A stretch of 56,000 bases of DNA, taken from contig CAXHJY010000360.1 in NCBI GenBank assembly GCA_964016885.1, positions 1 to 56,000 of the forward strand, in the 5' to 3' direction. The stretch's first letter is position 1. Every line of letters begins with the position of its first letter. The position numbers were made by a program, and so were the translations under genes. Positions 1 to 10,900 of the stretch are shown here, piece by piece. Origin of the DNA: Eledone cirrhosa (lineage: Eukaryota). Below the pieces are notes generated by a model, which did no database searches, was not told where the DNA came from, and saw nothing but the letters and a program-made list of their open reading frames with translations.

Positions 1-272
1 ACGGCTGGAAATTATCTCCCCTTGGACGGCTGGAAATTATCTCTCCTTGGACGGCTAGAAATTACCTCTCCTTGGACGGCTGAAAATTATCTCCCCTTGG
101 ACGGCTGGAAATTATATCCCCTTGGAAGGATGGAAATTATCTCCCCTTGGACGGCTGGAAATTATATCCCCTTGGAAGGATGGAAATTATCTCCCCTTGG
201 ACGGCTGGAAATTATCTCCCCTTGGACGGCTGGAAATTATCTCCCCTTGGACGGCTGGATATTATCTCCCCT
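1..272 (+). repeat. Representative A-monomer block (25-bp GC-rich units)
   Basis: About 11 tandem GGACGGCTGGAAATTATCTCCCCTT units, with variants GGCTAG/TTACCTCT, GGCTGAAA, TTATATCC-GGAAGGATGG (twice) and GGATATT. Confidence 0.97.
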
Positions 273-3200
273 TTCATTTTTTTTACAAATTATCTCCCCC
301 TGATTTTTTTTTACAAATTATCTCCCCCTGATTTTTTTTTACAAATTATCTACCCCTGATTTTTTTTTACAAATTATCTCCCCCTGATTTTTTTTACAAA
401 TTATCTCCCCCTGATTTTTTTTTTTACAAATTATCTCCCCCTGATTTTTTTACAAATTATCTCCCCCTGATTTTTTTTACAAATTATCTCCGCCTGATTT
501 TTTTGAATATTATCTTCCCTTGGCTGGCGGGAAATTATCTCCCCTTGGACGGCTGAAAATTATCTCCCCTTGGACGGCTGGAAATTATCTCCCCTTGATT
601 TTTTTTACAAATTATCTCCCCCTGATTTTTTTTTAAATTATCTCTCCTTGGACGGCTGGAAATTATCTCCCCTTGATTTTTTTTACAAATTATCTCCCCC
701 TGATTTTTTTTTACAAATTATCTCCCCCTGATTTTTTTTTACAAATTATCTACCCCTGATTTTTTTTTACAAATTATCTCCCCCTGATTTTTTTTACAAA
801 TTATCTCCCCCTGATTTTTTTTTACAAATTATCTCCGCCTGATTTTTTTTTAAATTATCTCTCCTTGGACGGCTGGAAATTATCTCCCCTTGATTTTTTT
901 TACAAATTATCTCCCCCTGATTTTTTTTTACAAATTATCTCCCCCTGATTTTTTTTTACAAATTATCTCCCCCTGATTTTTTTTACAAATTATCTCCCCC
1001 TGATTTTTTTACAAATTATCTCCCCTTGGCTGGCTGGAAATTATCTCCCCTTGGAGGCTGGAATTTATCTCCCCTTGGACGGCTAGAAATTACCTCTCCT
1101 TGGACGGCTGGAAAATATGTCCTTGGACGGCTGGATATTATCTACCCTTGGACGGCTGGAAATTATCTCCCCTTGGACGGCTAGAAATTACCTCTCCTTG
1201 GACGGCTGGAAAATATGTCCTTGGGCGGCTGGATATTATCTACCCATGGACGGCTGGAAATTATCTCCCGTTGGACGGCTGGAAATTATCTCCCCTTAGA
1301 CGGCTAGATATTACCTCCCCTTGGACGGCTGGAAATTATCTCCCCTTGATTTTTTTTACAAATTATCTCCCCCTGATTTTTTTTACAAATCTCCCAATGA
1401 TTTTTAAAAAAAAATTATCTCCCCTTCGCTGGCTGGAAATTATCTCCCCTTGGACGCTGGAAATTATAGCCCCTTGGAGGGCTGGAAATTATCTTCCCTT
1501 GGACGGCTGGAAATTATCTCCCCTTGATTTTTTTTACAAATTATCTCCCCCTGATTTTTTTTTACAAATTATCTCCCCCTGATTTTTTTTTACAAATTAT
1601 CTACCCCTGATTTTTTTTTACAAATTATCTCCCCCTGATTTTTTTTGCAAATTATCTCCCCCTGATTTTTTTTTACAAATTATCTCCCCCTGATTTTTTT
1701 TTACAAATTATCTCCCCCTGATTTTTTTTACAAATTATCTCCCCCTGATTTTTTTACAAATTATCTCCCCTTGGCTGGCTGGAAATTATCTCCCCTTGGA
1801 GGCTGGAATTTATCTCCCCTTGGACGGCTAGAAATTACCTCTCCTTGGACGGCTGGAAAATATGTCCTTGGACGGCTGGATATTATCTACCCTTGGACGG
1901 CTGTAATTATCTCCCCTTGGACGGCTAGAAATTACCTCTCCTTGGACGGCTGGAAAATATGTCCTTGGGCGGCTGGATATTATCTACCCATGGACGGCTG
2001 GAAATTATCTCCCGTTGGACGGCTGGAAATTATCTCCCCTTGGACGGCTAGATATTACCTCCCCTTGGACGGCTGGAAATTATCTCCCCTTGATTTTTTT
2101 TTACAAATTATCTCCCCCTGATTATTTTTTACAAATTATCTCCCCCTGATTTTTTTTTACAAATTATCTCCCCCTGATTTTTTTACAAATTATCTCCCCC
2201 CTGATTTTTTTTACAATCTCCGCCTGATTTTTTTAAAAATTATCTTCCCTTGGCTGGCGGGAAATTATCTCCCCTTGGACGGCTGGAAATTATATCCCCT
2301 TGGAAGGATGGAAATTATCTCCCCTTGGACGGCTGGAAATTATCTCCCCTTGGACGGCTGGAAATTATCTCCCCTTGGACGGCTGGATATTATCTCCCCT
2401 TTCATTTTTTTTACAAATTATCTCCCCCTGATTTTTTTTTACAAATTATCTCCCCCTGATTTTTTTTTACAAATTATCTACCCCTGATTTTTTTTTACAA
2501 ATTATCTCCCCCTGATTTTTTTTACAAATTATCTCCCCCTGATTTTTTTTTTTACAAATTATCTCCCCCTGATTTTTTTACAAATTATCTCCCCCTGATT
2601 TTTTTTACAAATTATCTCCGCCTGATTTTTTTGAATATTATCTTCCCTTGGCTGGCGGGAAATTATCTCCCCTTGGACGGCTGAAAATTATCTCCCCTTG
2701 GACGGCTGGAAATTATCTCCCCTTGATTTTTTTTACAAATTATCTCCCCCTGATTTTTTTTTAAATTATCTCTCCTTGGACGGCTGGAAATTATCTCCCC
2801 TTGATTTTTTTTACAAATTATCTCCCCCTGATTTTTTTTTACAAATTATCTCCCCCTGATTTTTTTTTACAAATTATCTACCCCTGATTTTTTTTTACAA
2901 ATTATCTCCCCCTGATTTTTTTTACAAATTATCTCCCCCTGATTTTTTTTTACAAATTATCTCCGCCTGATTTTTTTTTAAATTATCTCTCCTTGGACGG
3001 CTGGAAATTATCTCCCCTTGATTTTTTTTACAAATTATCTCCCCCTGATTTTTTTTTACAAATTATCTCCCCCTGATTTTTTTTTACAAATTATCTACCC
3101 CTGATTTTTTTTTACAAATTATCTCCCCCTGATTTTTTTTGCAAATTTTCTCCCCCTGATTTTTTTTTACAAATTATCTCCCCCTGATTTTTTTTTACAA

Positions 3201-4700
3201 ATTATCTCCCCCTGATTTTTTTTACAAATTATCTCCCCCTGATTTTTTTACAAATTATCTCCCCTTGGCTGGCTGGAAATTATCTCCCCTTGGAGGCTGG
3301 AATTTATCTCCCCTTGGACGGCTAGAAATTACCTCTCCTTGGACGGCTGGAAAATATGTCCTTGGACGGCTGGATATTATCTACCCTTGGACGGCTGGAA
3401 ATTATCTCCCCTTGGACGGCTAGAAATTACCTCTCCTTGGACGGCTGGAAAATATGTCCTTGGGCGGCTGGATATTATCTACCCATGGACGGCTGGAAAT
3501 TATCTCCCGTTGGACGGCTGGAAATTATCTCCCCTTAGACGGCTAGATATTACCTCCCCTTGGACGGCTGGAAATTATCTCCCCTTGATTTTTTTTACAA
3601 ATTATCTCCCCCTGATTTTTTTTACAAATCTCCCAATGATTTTTAAAAAAAAATTATCTCCCCTTCGCTGGCTGGAAATTATCTCCCCTTGGACGCTGGA
3701 AATTATAGCCCCTTGGAGGGCTGGAAATTATCTTCCCTTGGACGGCTGGAAATTATCTCCCCTTGATTTTTTTTACAAATTATCTCCCCCTGATTTTTTT
3801 TTACAAATTATCTCCCCCTGATTTTTTTTTACAAATTATCTACCCCTGATTTTTTTTTACAAATTATCTCCCCCTGATTTTTTTTGCAAATTATCTCCCC
3901 CTGATTTTTTTTTACAAATTATCTCCCCCTGATTTTTTTTTACAAATTATCTCCCCCTGATTTTTTTTACAAATTATCTCCCCCTGATTTTTTTACAAAT
4001 TATCTCCCCTTGGCTGGCTGGAAATTATCTCCCCTTGGAGGCTGGAATTTATCTCCCCTTGGACGGCTAGAAATTACCTCTCCTTGGACGGCTGGAAAAT
4101 ATGTCCTTGGACGGCTGGATATTATCTACCCTTGGACGGCTGTAATTATCTCCCCTTGGACGGCTAGAAATTACCTCTCCTTGGACGGCTGGAAAATATG
4201 TCCTTGGGCGGCTGGATATTATCTACCCATGGACGGCTGGAAATTATCTCCCGTTGGACGGCTGGAAATTATCTCCCCTTGGACGGCTAGATATTACCTC
4301 CCCTTGGACGGCTGGAAATTGTCTCCCCTTGATTTTTTTTTACAAATTATCTCCCCCTGATTATTTTTTACAAATTATCTCCCCCTGATTTTTTTTTACA
4401 AATTATCTCCCCCTGATTTTTTTACAAATTATCTCCCCCCTGATTTTTTTTACAATCTCCGCCTGATTTTTTTAAAAATTATCTTCCCTTGGCTGGCGGG
4501 AAATTATCTCCCCTTGGACGGCTGGAAATTATATCCCCTTGGAAGGATGGAAATTATCTCCCCTTGGACGGCTGGAAATTATCTCCCCTTGGACGGCTGG
4601 AAATTATCTCCCCTTGGACGGCTGGATATTATCTCCCCTTTCATTTTTTTTACAAATTATCTCCCCCTGATTTTTTTTACAAATTATCTCCCCCTGATTT
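150..4700. repeat. ~2,239-bp higher-order repeat, about two copies (left instance)
   Basis: Matching ORF-track entries are offset by 2,239 (1100/3339, 1771/4010, 2250/4489). The first copy is 111 bp shorter (147/2275 = 2,128). Markers: CCCATGG, CCCCTTAGAC, GGCTGTAATT. Confidence 0.93.
273..521 (+). repeat. Representative B-monomer block (poly-T-containing 26-30-bp units)
   Basis: Nine tandem GA(T7-T11)ACAAATTATCTCCCCCT-type units, ending in the junction variant CTCCGCCTGA-T7-GAATATTATCTTCCCTT. Confidence 0.97.
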
Positions 4701-7700
4701 TTTTTTACAATTTATCTACCCCTGATTTTTTTTTACAAATTATCTCCCCCTGATTTTTTTTACAAATTATCTCCCCCTGATTTTTTTTTTACAAATTATC
4801 TCCCCCTGATTTTTTTACAAATTATCTCCCCCTGATTTTTTTTACAAATTATCTCCGCCTGATTTTTTTAAATATTATCTTCCCTTGGCTGGCGGGAAAT
4901 TATCTCCCCTTGGACGGCTGGAAATTATCTCCCCTTGATTTTTTTTACAAATTATCTCCCCCTGATTTTTTTTTACAAATTATCTCCCCCTGATTTTTTT
5001 TACAAATTATCTCCCCCTGATTTTTTTTTACAAATTATCTCCCCCTGATTTTTTTTACAAATTATCTCCCCCTGATTTTTTTACAAATTATCTCCCCTTG
5101 GCTGGCTGGAAATTATCTCACCTTGGAGGCTGGAATTTATCTCCCCTTGGACGGCTAGAAATCACCTCTCCTTGGACGGCTGGAAAATATGTCCTTGGAC
5201 GGCTGGATAGTATCTACCCTTGGACGGCTGGAAATTATCTCCCCTTGGACGGCTGGAAATTATCTCCCCTTGGACGGCTAGATATTACCTCCCCTTGGAC
5301 GGCTGGAAATTATCTCCCCTTGATTTTTTTTACAAATTATCTCCCCCTGATTTTTTTTACAAATCTCCCAATGATTTTTTAAAAAAAATTATCTCCCCTT
5401 CGCTGGCTGGAAATTATCTCCCCTTGGACGCTGGAAATTATAGCCCCTTGGAGGGCTGGAAATTATCTTCCCTTGGACGGCTGGAAATTATCTCCCCTTG
5501 ATTTTTTTTACAAATTATCTCCCCCTGATTTTTTTTTACAAATTATCTCCCCCTGATTTTTTTTACAAATTATCTCCCCCTGATTTTTTTTACAAATTAT
5601 CTCCCCCTGATTTTTTTACAAATTATCTCCCCCTGATTTTTTTTACAAATTATCTCCGCCTAATTTTTTTAAATATTATCTTCCCTTGGCTGGCGGGAAA
5701 TTATCTCCCCTTGGACGGCTGAAAATTATCTCCCCTTGGACGGCTGGAAATTATCTCCCCTTGATTTTTTTTACAAATTATCTCCCCCTGATTATTTTTT
5801 ACAAATTATCTACCCCTGATTTTTTTTTACAAATTATCTCCCCCTGATTTTTTTTACAAATTATCTCCCCCTGATTTTTTTTACAAATTATCTCCCCTTG
5901 GCTGGCTGGAAATTATCTCCCCTTGGAGGCTGGAATTTATCTCCCCTTGGACGGCTAGGAATTACCTCTCCTTGGACGGCTGGAAAATATGTCTCCTTGG
6001 ACGGCTGGAAATTATCTCCCCTTGGACGGCTGGAAATTATCTCCCCTTGGACGGCTGGAAATTATCTCTCCTTGGACGGCTAGAAATTACCTCTCCTTGG
6101 ACGGCTGAAAATTATCTCCCCTTGGACGGCTGGAAATTATATCCCCTTGGAAGGATGGAAATTATCTCCCCTTGGACGGCTGGAAATTATATCCCCTTGG
6201 AAGGATGGAAATTATCTCCCCTTGGACGGCTGGAAATTATCTCCCCTTGGACGGCTGGAAATTATCTCCCCTTGGACGGCTGGATATTATCTCCCCTTTC
6301 ATTTTTTTTACAAGTTATCTCCCCCTGATTTTTTTTTACAAATTATCTCCCCCTGATTTTTTTTTACAAATTATCTACCCCTGATTTTTTTTTACAAATT
6401 ATCTCCCCCTGATTTTTTTTAAAAATTATCTCCCCCTGATTTTTTTTTTTACAAATTATCTCCCCCTGATTTTTTTACAAATTATCTCCCCCTGATTTTT
6501 TTTACAAATTATCTCCGTCTGATTTTTTTGAATATTATCTTCCCTTGGCTGGCGGGAAATTATCTCCCCTTGGACGGCTGAAAATTATCTCCCCTTGGAC
6601 GGCTGGAAATTATCTCCCCTTGATTTTTTTTACAAATTATCTCCCCCTGATTTTTTTTTACAAATTATCTCCCCCTGATTTTTTTTTACAAATTATCTCC
6701 GCCTGATTTTTTTTTAAATTATCTCTCCTTGGACGGCTGGAAATTATCTCCCCTTGATTTTTTTTACAAATTATCTCCTCCTGATTTTTTTTACAAATTA
6801 TCTCCCCCTGATTTTTTTTTACAAATTATCTCCCCCTGATTTTTTTTTACAAATTATCTCCCCCTGATTTTTTTTTACAAATTATCTCCGCCTGATTTTT
6901 TTTAAAATTATCTCTCCTTGGACGGCTGGAAATTATCTCCCCTTGATTTTTTTTACAAATTATCTCCCCCTGATTTTTTTTTACAAATTATCTCCCCCTG
7001 ATTTTTTTTTACAAATTATCTACCCCTGATTTTTTTTTACAAATTATCTCCCCCTGATTTTTTTTGCAAATTATCTCCCCCTGATTTTTTTTTACAAATT
7101 ATCTCCCCCTGATTTTTTTTTACAAATTATCTCCCCCTGATTTTTTTTACAAATTATCTCCCCCTGATTTTTTTACAAATTATCTCCCCTTGGCTGGCTG
7201 GAAATTATCTCCCCTTGGAGGCTGGAATTTATCTCCCCTTGGACGGCTAGAAATTACCTCTCCTTGGACGGCTGGAAAATATGTCCTTGGACGGCTGGAT
7301 ATTATCTACCCTTGGACGGCTGGAAATTATCTCCCCTTGGACGGCTAGAAATTACCTCTCCTTGGACGGCTGGAAAATATGTCCTTGGGCGGCTGGATAT
7401 TATCTACCCTTGGACGGCTGGAAATTATCTCCCGTTGGACGGCTGGAAATTACCTCTCCTTGGACGACTGAAAATTATCTCCCCTTGGACGGCTGCAAAT
7501 TATCTCCCCTTGATTTTTTTTACAAATTATCTCCGCCTGATTTTTTTTTTAAAATTATCTCCCCTTGGACGGCTGGAAATTACCTCCCCTTGGACGGCTG
7601 GAAATTATCTCCCCTTGGACCGCTAGAAATTACCTCTCCTTGGACGGCTGAAAATTATCTCCCCTTGGACGGCTGGAAATTATCTCCCCTTGATTTTTTT

Positions 7701-10700
7701 TACAAATTATCTCCCCCTGATTTTTTTTTACAAATTATCTCCCCCTGATTTTTTTTTACAAATTATCTACCCCTGATTTTTTTTTACAAATTATCTCCCC
7801 ATGAATTTTTTTACAAATTATCTCCCCCTGATTTTTTTTACAAATTATCTCCCCCTGATTTTTTTACAAATTATCTCCCCCTGATTTTTTTTACAAATTA
7901 TCTCCGCCTAATTTTTTTAAATATTATCTTCCCTTGGCTGGCGGGAAATTATCTCCCCTTGGACGGCTGGAAATTATCTCCCCTTGATTTTTTTTTACAA
8001 ATTATCTCCCCCTGATTATTTTTTACAAATTATCTCCCCCTGATTTTTTTTTACAAATTATCTCCCCCTGATTTTTTTACAAATTATCTCCCCCCTGATT
8101 TTTTTTACAATCTCCGCCTGATTTTTTTAAAAATTATCTTCCCTTGGCTGGCGGGAAATTATCTCCCCTTGGACGGCTGGAAATTATATCCCCTTGGAAG
8201 GATGGAAATTATCTCCCCTTGGACGGCTGGAAATTATCTCCCCTTGGACGGCTGGAAATTATCTCCCCTTGGACGGCTGGATATTATCTCCCCTTTCATT
8301 TTTTTTACAAATTATCTCCCCCTGATTTTTTTTACAAATTATCTCCCCCTGATTTTTTTTTACAATTTATCTACCCCTGATTTTTTTTTACAAATTATCT
8401 CCCCCTGATTCTTTTTACAAATTATCTCCCCCTGATTTTTTTTTTACAAATTATCTCCCCCTGATTTTTTTACAAATTATCTCCCCCTGATTTTTTTTAC
8501 AAATTATCTCCGCCTGATTTTTTCAAATATTATCTTCCCTTGGCTGGCGGGAAATTATCTCCCCTTGGACGGCTGAAAATTATCTCCCCTTGGACGGCTG
8601 GAAATTATCTCCCCTTGATTTTTTTACAAATTATCTCCCCCTGATTTTTTTTTACAAATTATCTCCCCCTGATTTTTTTTTACAAATTATCTCCCCCTGA
8701 TTTTTTTTTACAAATTATCTCCCCCTGATTTTTTTTACAAATTATCTCCCCCTGATTTTTTTACAAATTATCTCCCCTTGGCTGGCTGGAAATTATCTCA
8801 CCTTGGAGGCTGGAATTTATCTCCCCTTGGACGGCTAGAAATTACCTCTCCTTGGACGGCTGGAAAATATGTCCTTGGACGGCTGGATATTATCTACCCT
8901 TGGACGGCTGGAAATTATCTCCCCTTGGACGGCTGGAAATTATCTCCCCTTGGACGGCTAGATATTACCTCCCCTTGGACGGCTGGAAATTATCTCCCCT
9001 TGATTTTTTTTACAAATTATCTCCCCCTGATTTTTTTTACAAATCTCCCAATGATTTTTTAAAAAAAATTATCTCCCCTTCGCTGGCTGGAAATTATCTC
9101 CCCTTGGACGCTGGAAATTATAGCCCCTTGGAGGGCTGGAAATTATCTTCCCTTGGACGGCTGGAAATTATCTCCCCTTGATTTTTTTTACAAATTATCT
9201 CCCCCTGATTTTTTTTTACAAATTATCTCCCCCTGATTTTTTTTACAAATTATCTCCCCCTGATTTTTTTTACAAATTATCTCCCCCTGATTTTTTTACA
9301 AATTATCTCCCCCTGATTTTTTTTACAAATTATCTCCGCCTAATTTTTTTAAATATTATCTTCCCTTGGCTGGCGGGAAATTATCTCCCCTTGGACGGCT
9401 GAAAATTATCTCCCCTTGGACGGCTGGAAATTATCTCCCCTTGATTTTTTTTACAAATTATCTCCCCCTGATTATTTTTTACAAATTATCTCCCCCTGAT
9501 TTTTTTTTACAAATTATCTCCCCCTGATTTTTTTTACAAATTATCTCCCCCTGATTTTTTTTACAAATTATCTCCCCTTGGCTGGCTGGAAATTATCTCC
9601 CCTTGGAGGCTGGAATTTATCTCCCCTTGGACGGCTAGGAATTACCTCTCCTTGGACGGCTGGAAAATATGTCTCCTTGGACGGCTGGAAATTATCTCCC
9701 CTTGGACGGCTGGAAATTATCTCCCCTTGGACGGCTGGAAATTATCTCTCCTTGGACGGCTAGAAATTACCTCTCCTTGGACGGCTGAAAATTATCTCCC
9801 CTTGGACGGCTGGAAATTATATCCCCTTGGAAGGATGGAAATTATCTCCCCTTGGACGGCTGGAAATTATATCCCCTTGGAAGGATGGAAATTATCTCCC
9901 CTTGGACGGCTGGAAATTATCTCCCCTTGGACGGCTGGAAATTATCTCCCCTTGGACGGCTGGATATTATCTCCCCTTTCATTTTTTTTACAAATTATCT
10001 CCCCCTGATTTTTTTTTACAAATTATCTCCCCCTGATTTTTTTTTACAAATTATCTACCCCTGATTTTTTTTTACAAATTATCTCCCCCTGATTTTTTTT
10101 ACAAATTATCTCCCCCTGATTTTTTTTTTTACAAATTATCTCCCCCTGATTTTTTTACAAATTATCTCCCCCTGATTTTTTTTACAAATTATCTCCGCCT
10201 GATTTTTTTGAATATTATCTTCCCTTGGCTGGCGGGAAATTATCTCCCCTTGGACGGCTGAAAATTATCTCCCCTTGGACGGCTGGAAATTATCTCCCCT
10301 TGATTTTTTTTACAAATTATCTCCCCCTGATTTTTTTTTACAAATTATCTCCCCCTAATTTTTTTTTACAAATTATCTCCGCCTGATTTTTTTTAAAATT
10401 ATCTCTCCTCGGACGGCTGGAAATTATCTCCCCTTGATTTTTTTTACAAATTATCTCCCCCTGATTTTTTTTTACAAATTATCTCCCCCTGATTTTTTTT
10501 ACAAATTATCTACCCCTGATTTTTTTTTACAAATTATCTCCCCCTGATTTTTTTTACAAATTATCTCCCCCTGATTTTTTTTTACAAATTATCTCCGCCT
10601 GATTTTTTTTAAAATTATCTCTCCTTGGACGGCTGGAAATTATCTCCCCTTGATTTTTTTTACAAATTATCTCCCCCTGATTTTTTTTTACAAATTATCT

Positions 10701-10900
10701 CCCCCTGATTTTTTTTTACAAATTATCTACCCCTGATTTTTTTTTACAAATTATCTCCCCCTGATTTTTTTTGCAAATTATCTCCCCCTGATTTTTTTTT
10801 ACAAATTATCTCCCCCTGATTTTTTTTTACAAATTATCTCCCCCTGATTTTTTTTACAAATTATCTCCCCCTGATTTTTTTACAAATTATCTCCCCTTGG
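4340..10900. repeat. ~3,680-bp imperfect higher-order duplication
   Basis: Offsets 5098/8778, 5498/9178, 5898/9578, 5972/9652 and 6147/9827 are all 3,680; 4489/8144 = 3,655, one A monomer less. Confidence 0.85.

Noticed and set aside
1-60. Hairpins in monomer A (TCC-CCTT-GGA, GGA-AATTATC-TCC)
   Set aside because: Stems of only 3 bp are too weak to call a structured RNA or cruciform.
1-272. Telomerase-made 25-bp repeat like the long budding-yeast telomere units
   Set aside because: There is no resemblance to telomeric repeats I know. Kilobase-scale HORs with inherited variants indicate recombination or replication-based amplification rather than templated monomer addition.
273-521. Poly-T tracts as rho-independent terminators or retroposon tails
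   Set aside because: There is no GC hairpin before the T runs, no element body and no target-site duplications. They are integral parts of monomer B.
273-1020. Intrinsic curvature from phased A-tracts
   Set aside because: The 27-28 bp period is about 2.6 helical turns, so successive tracts are roughly out of phase and bends should largely cancel.
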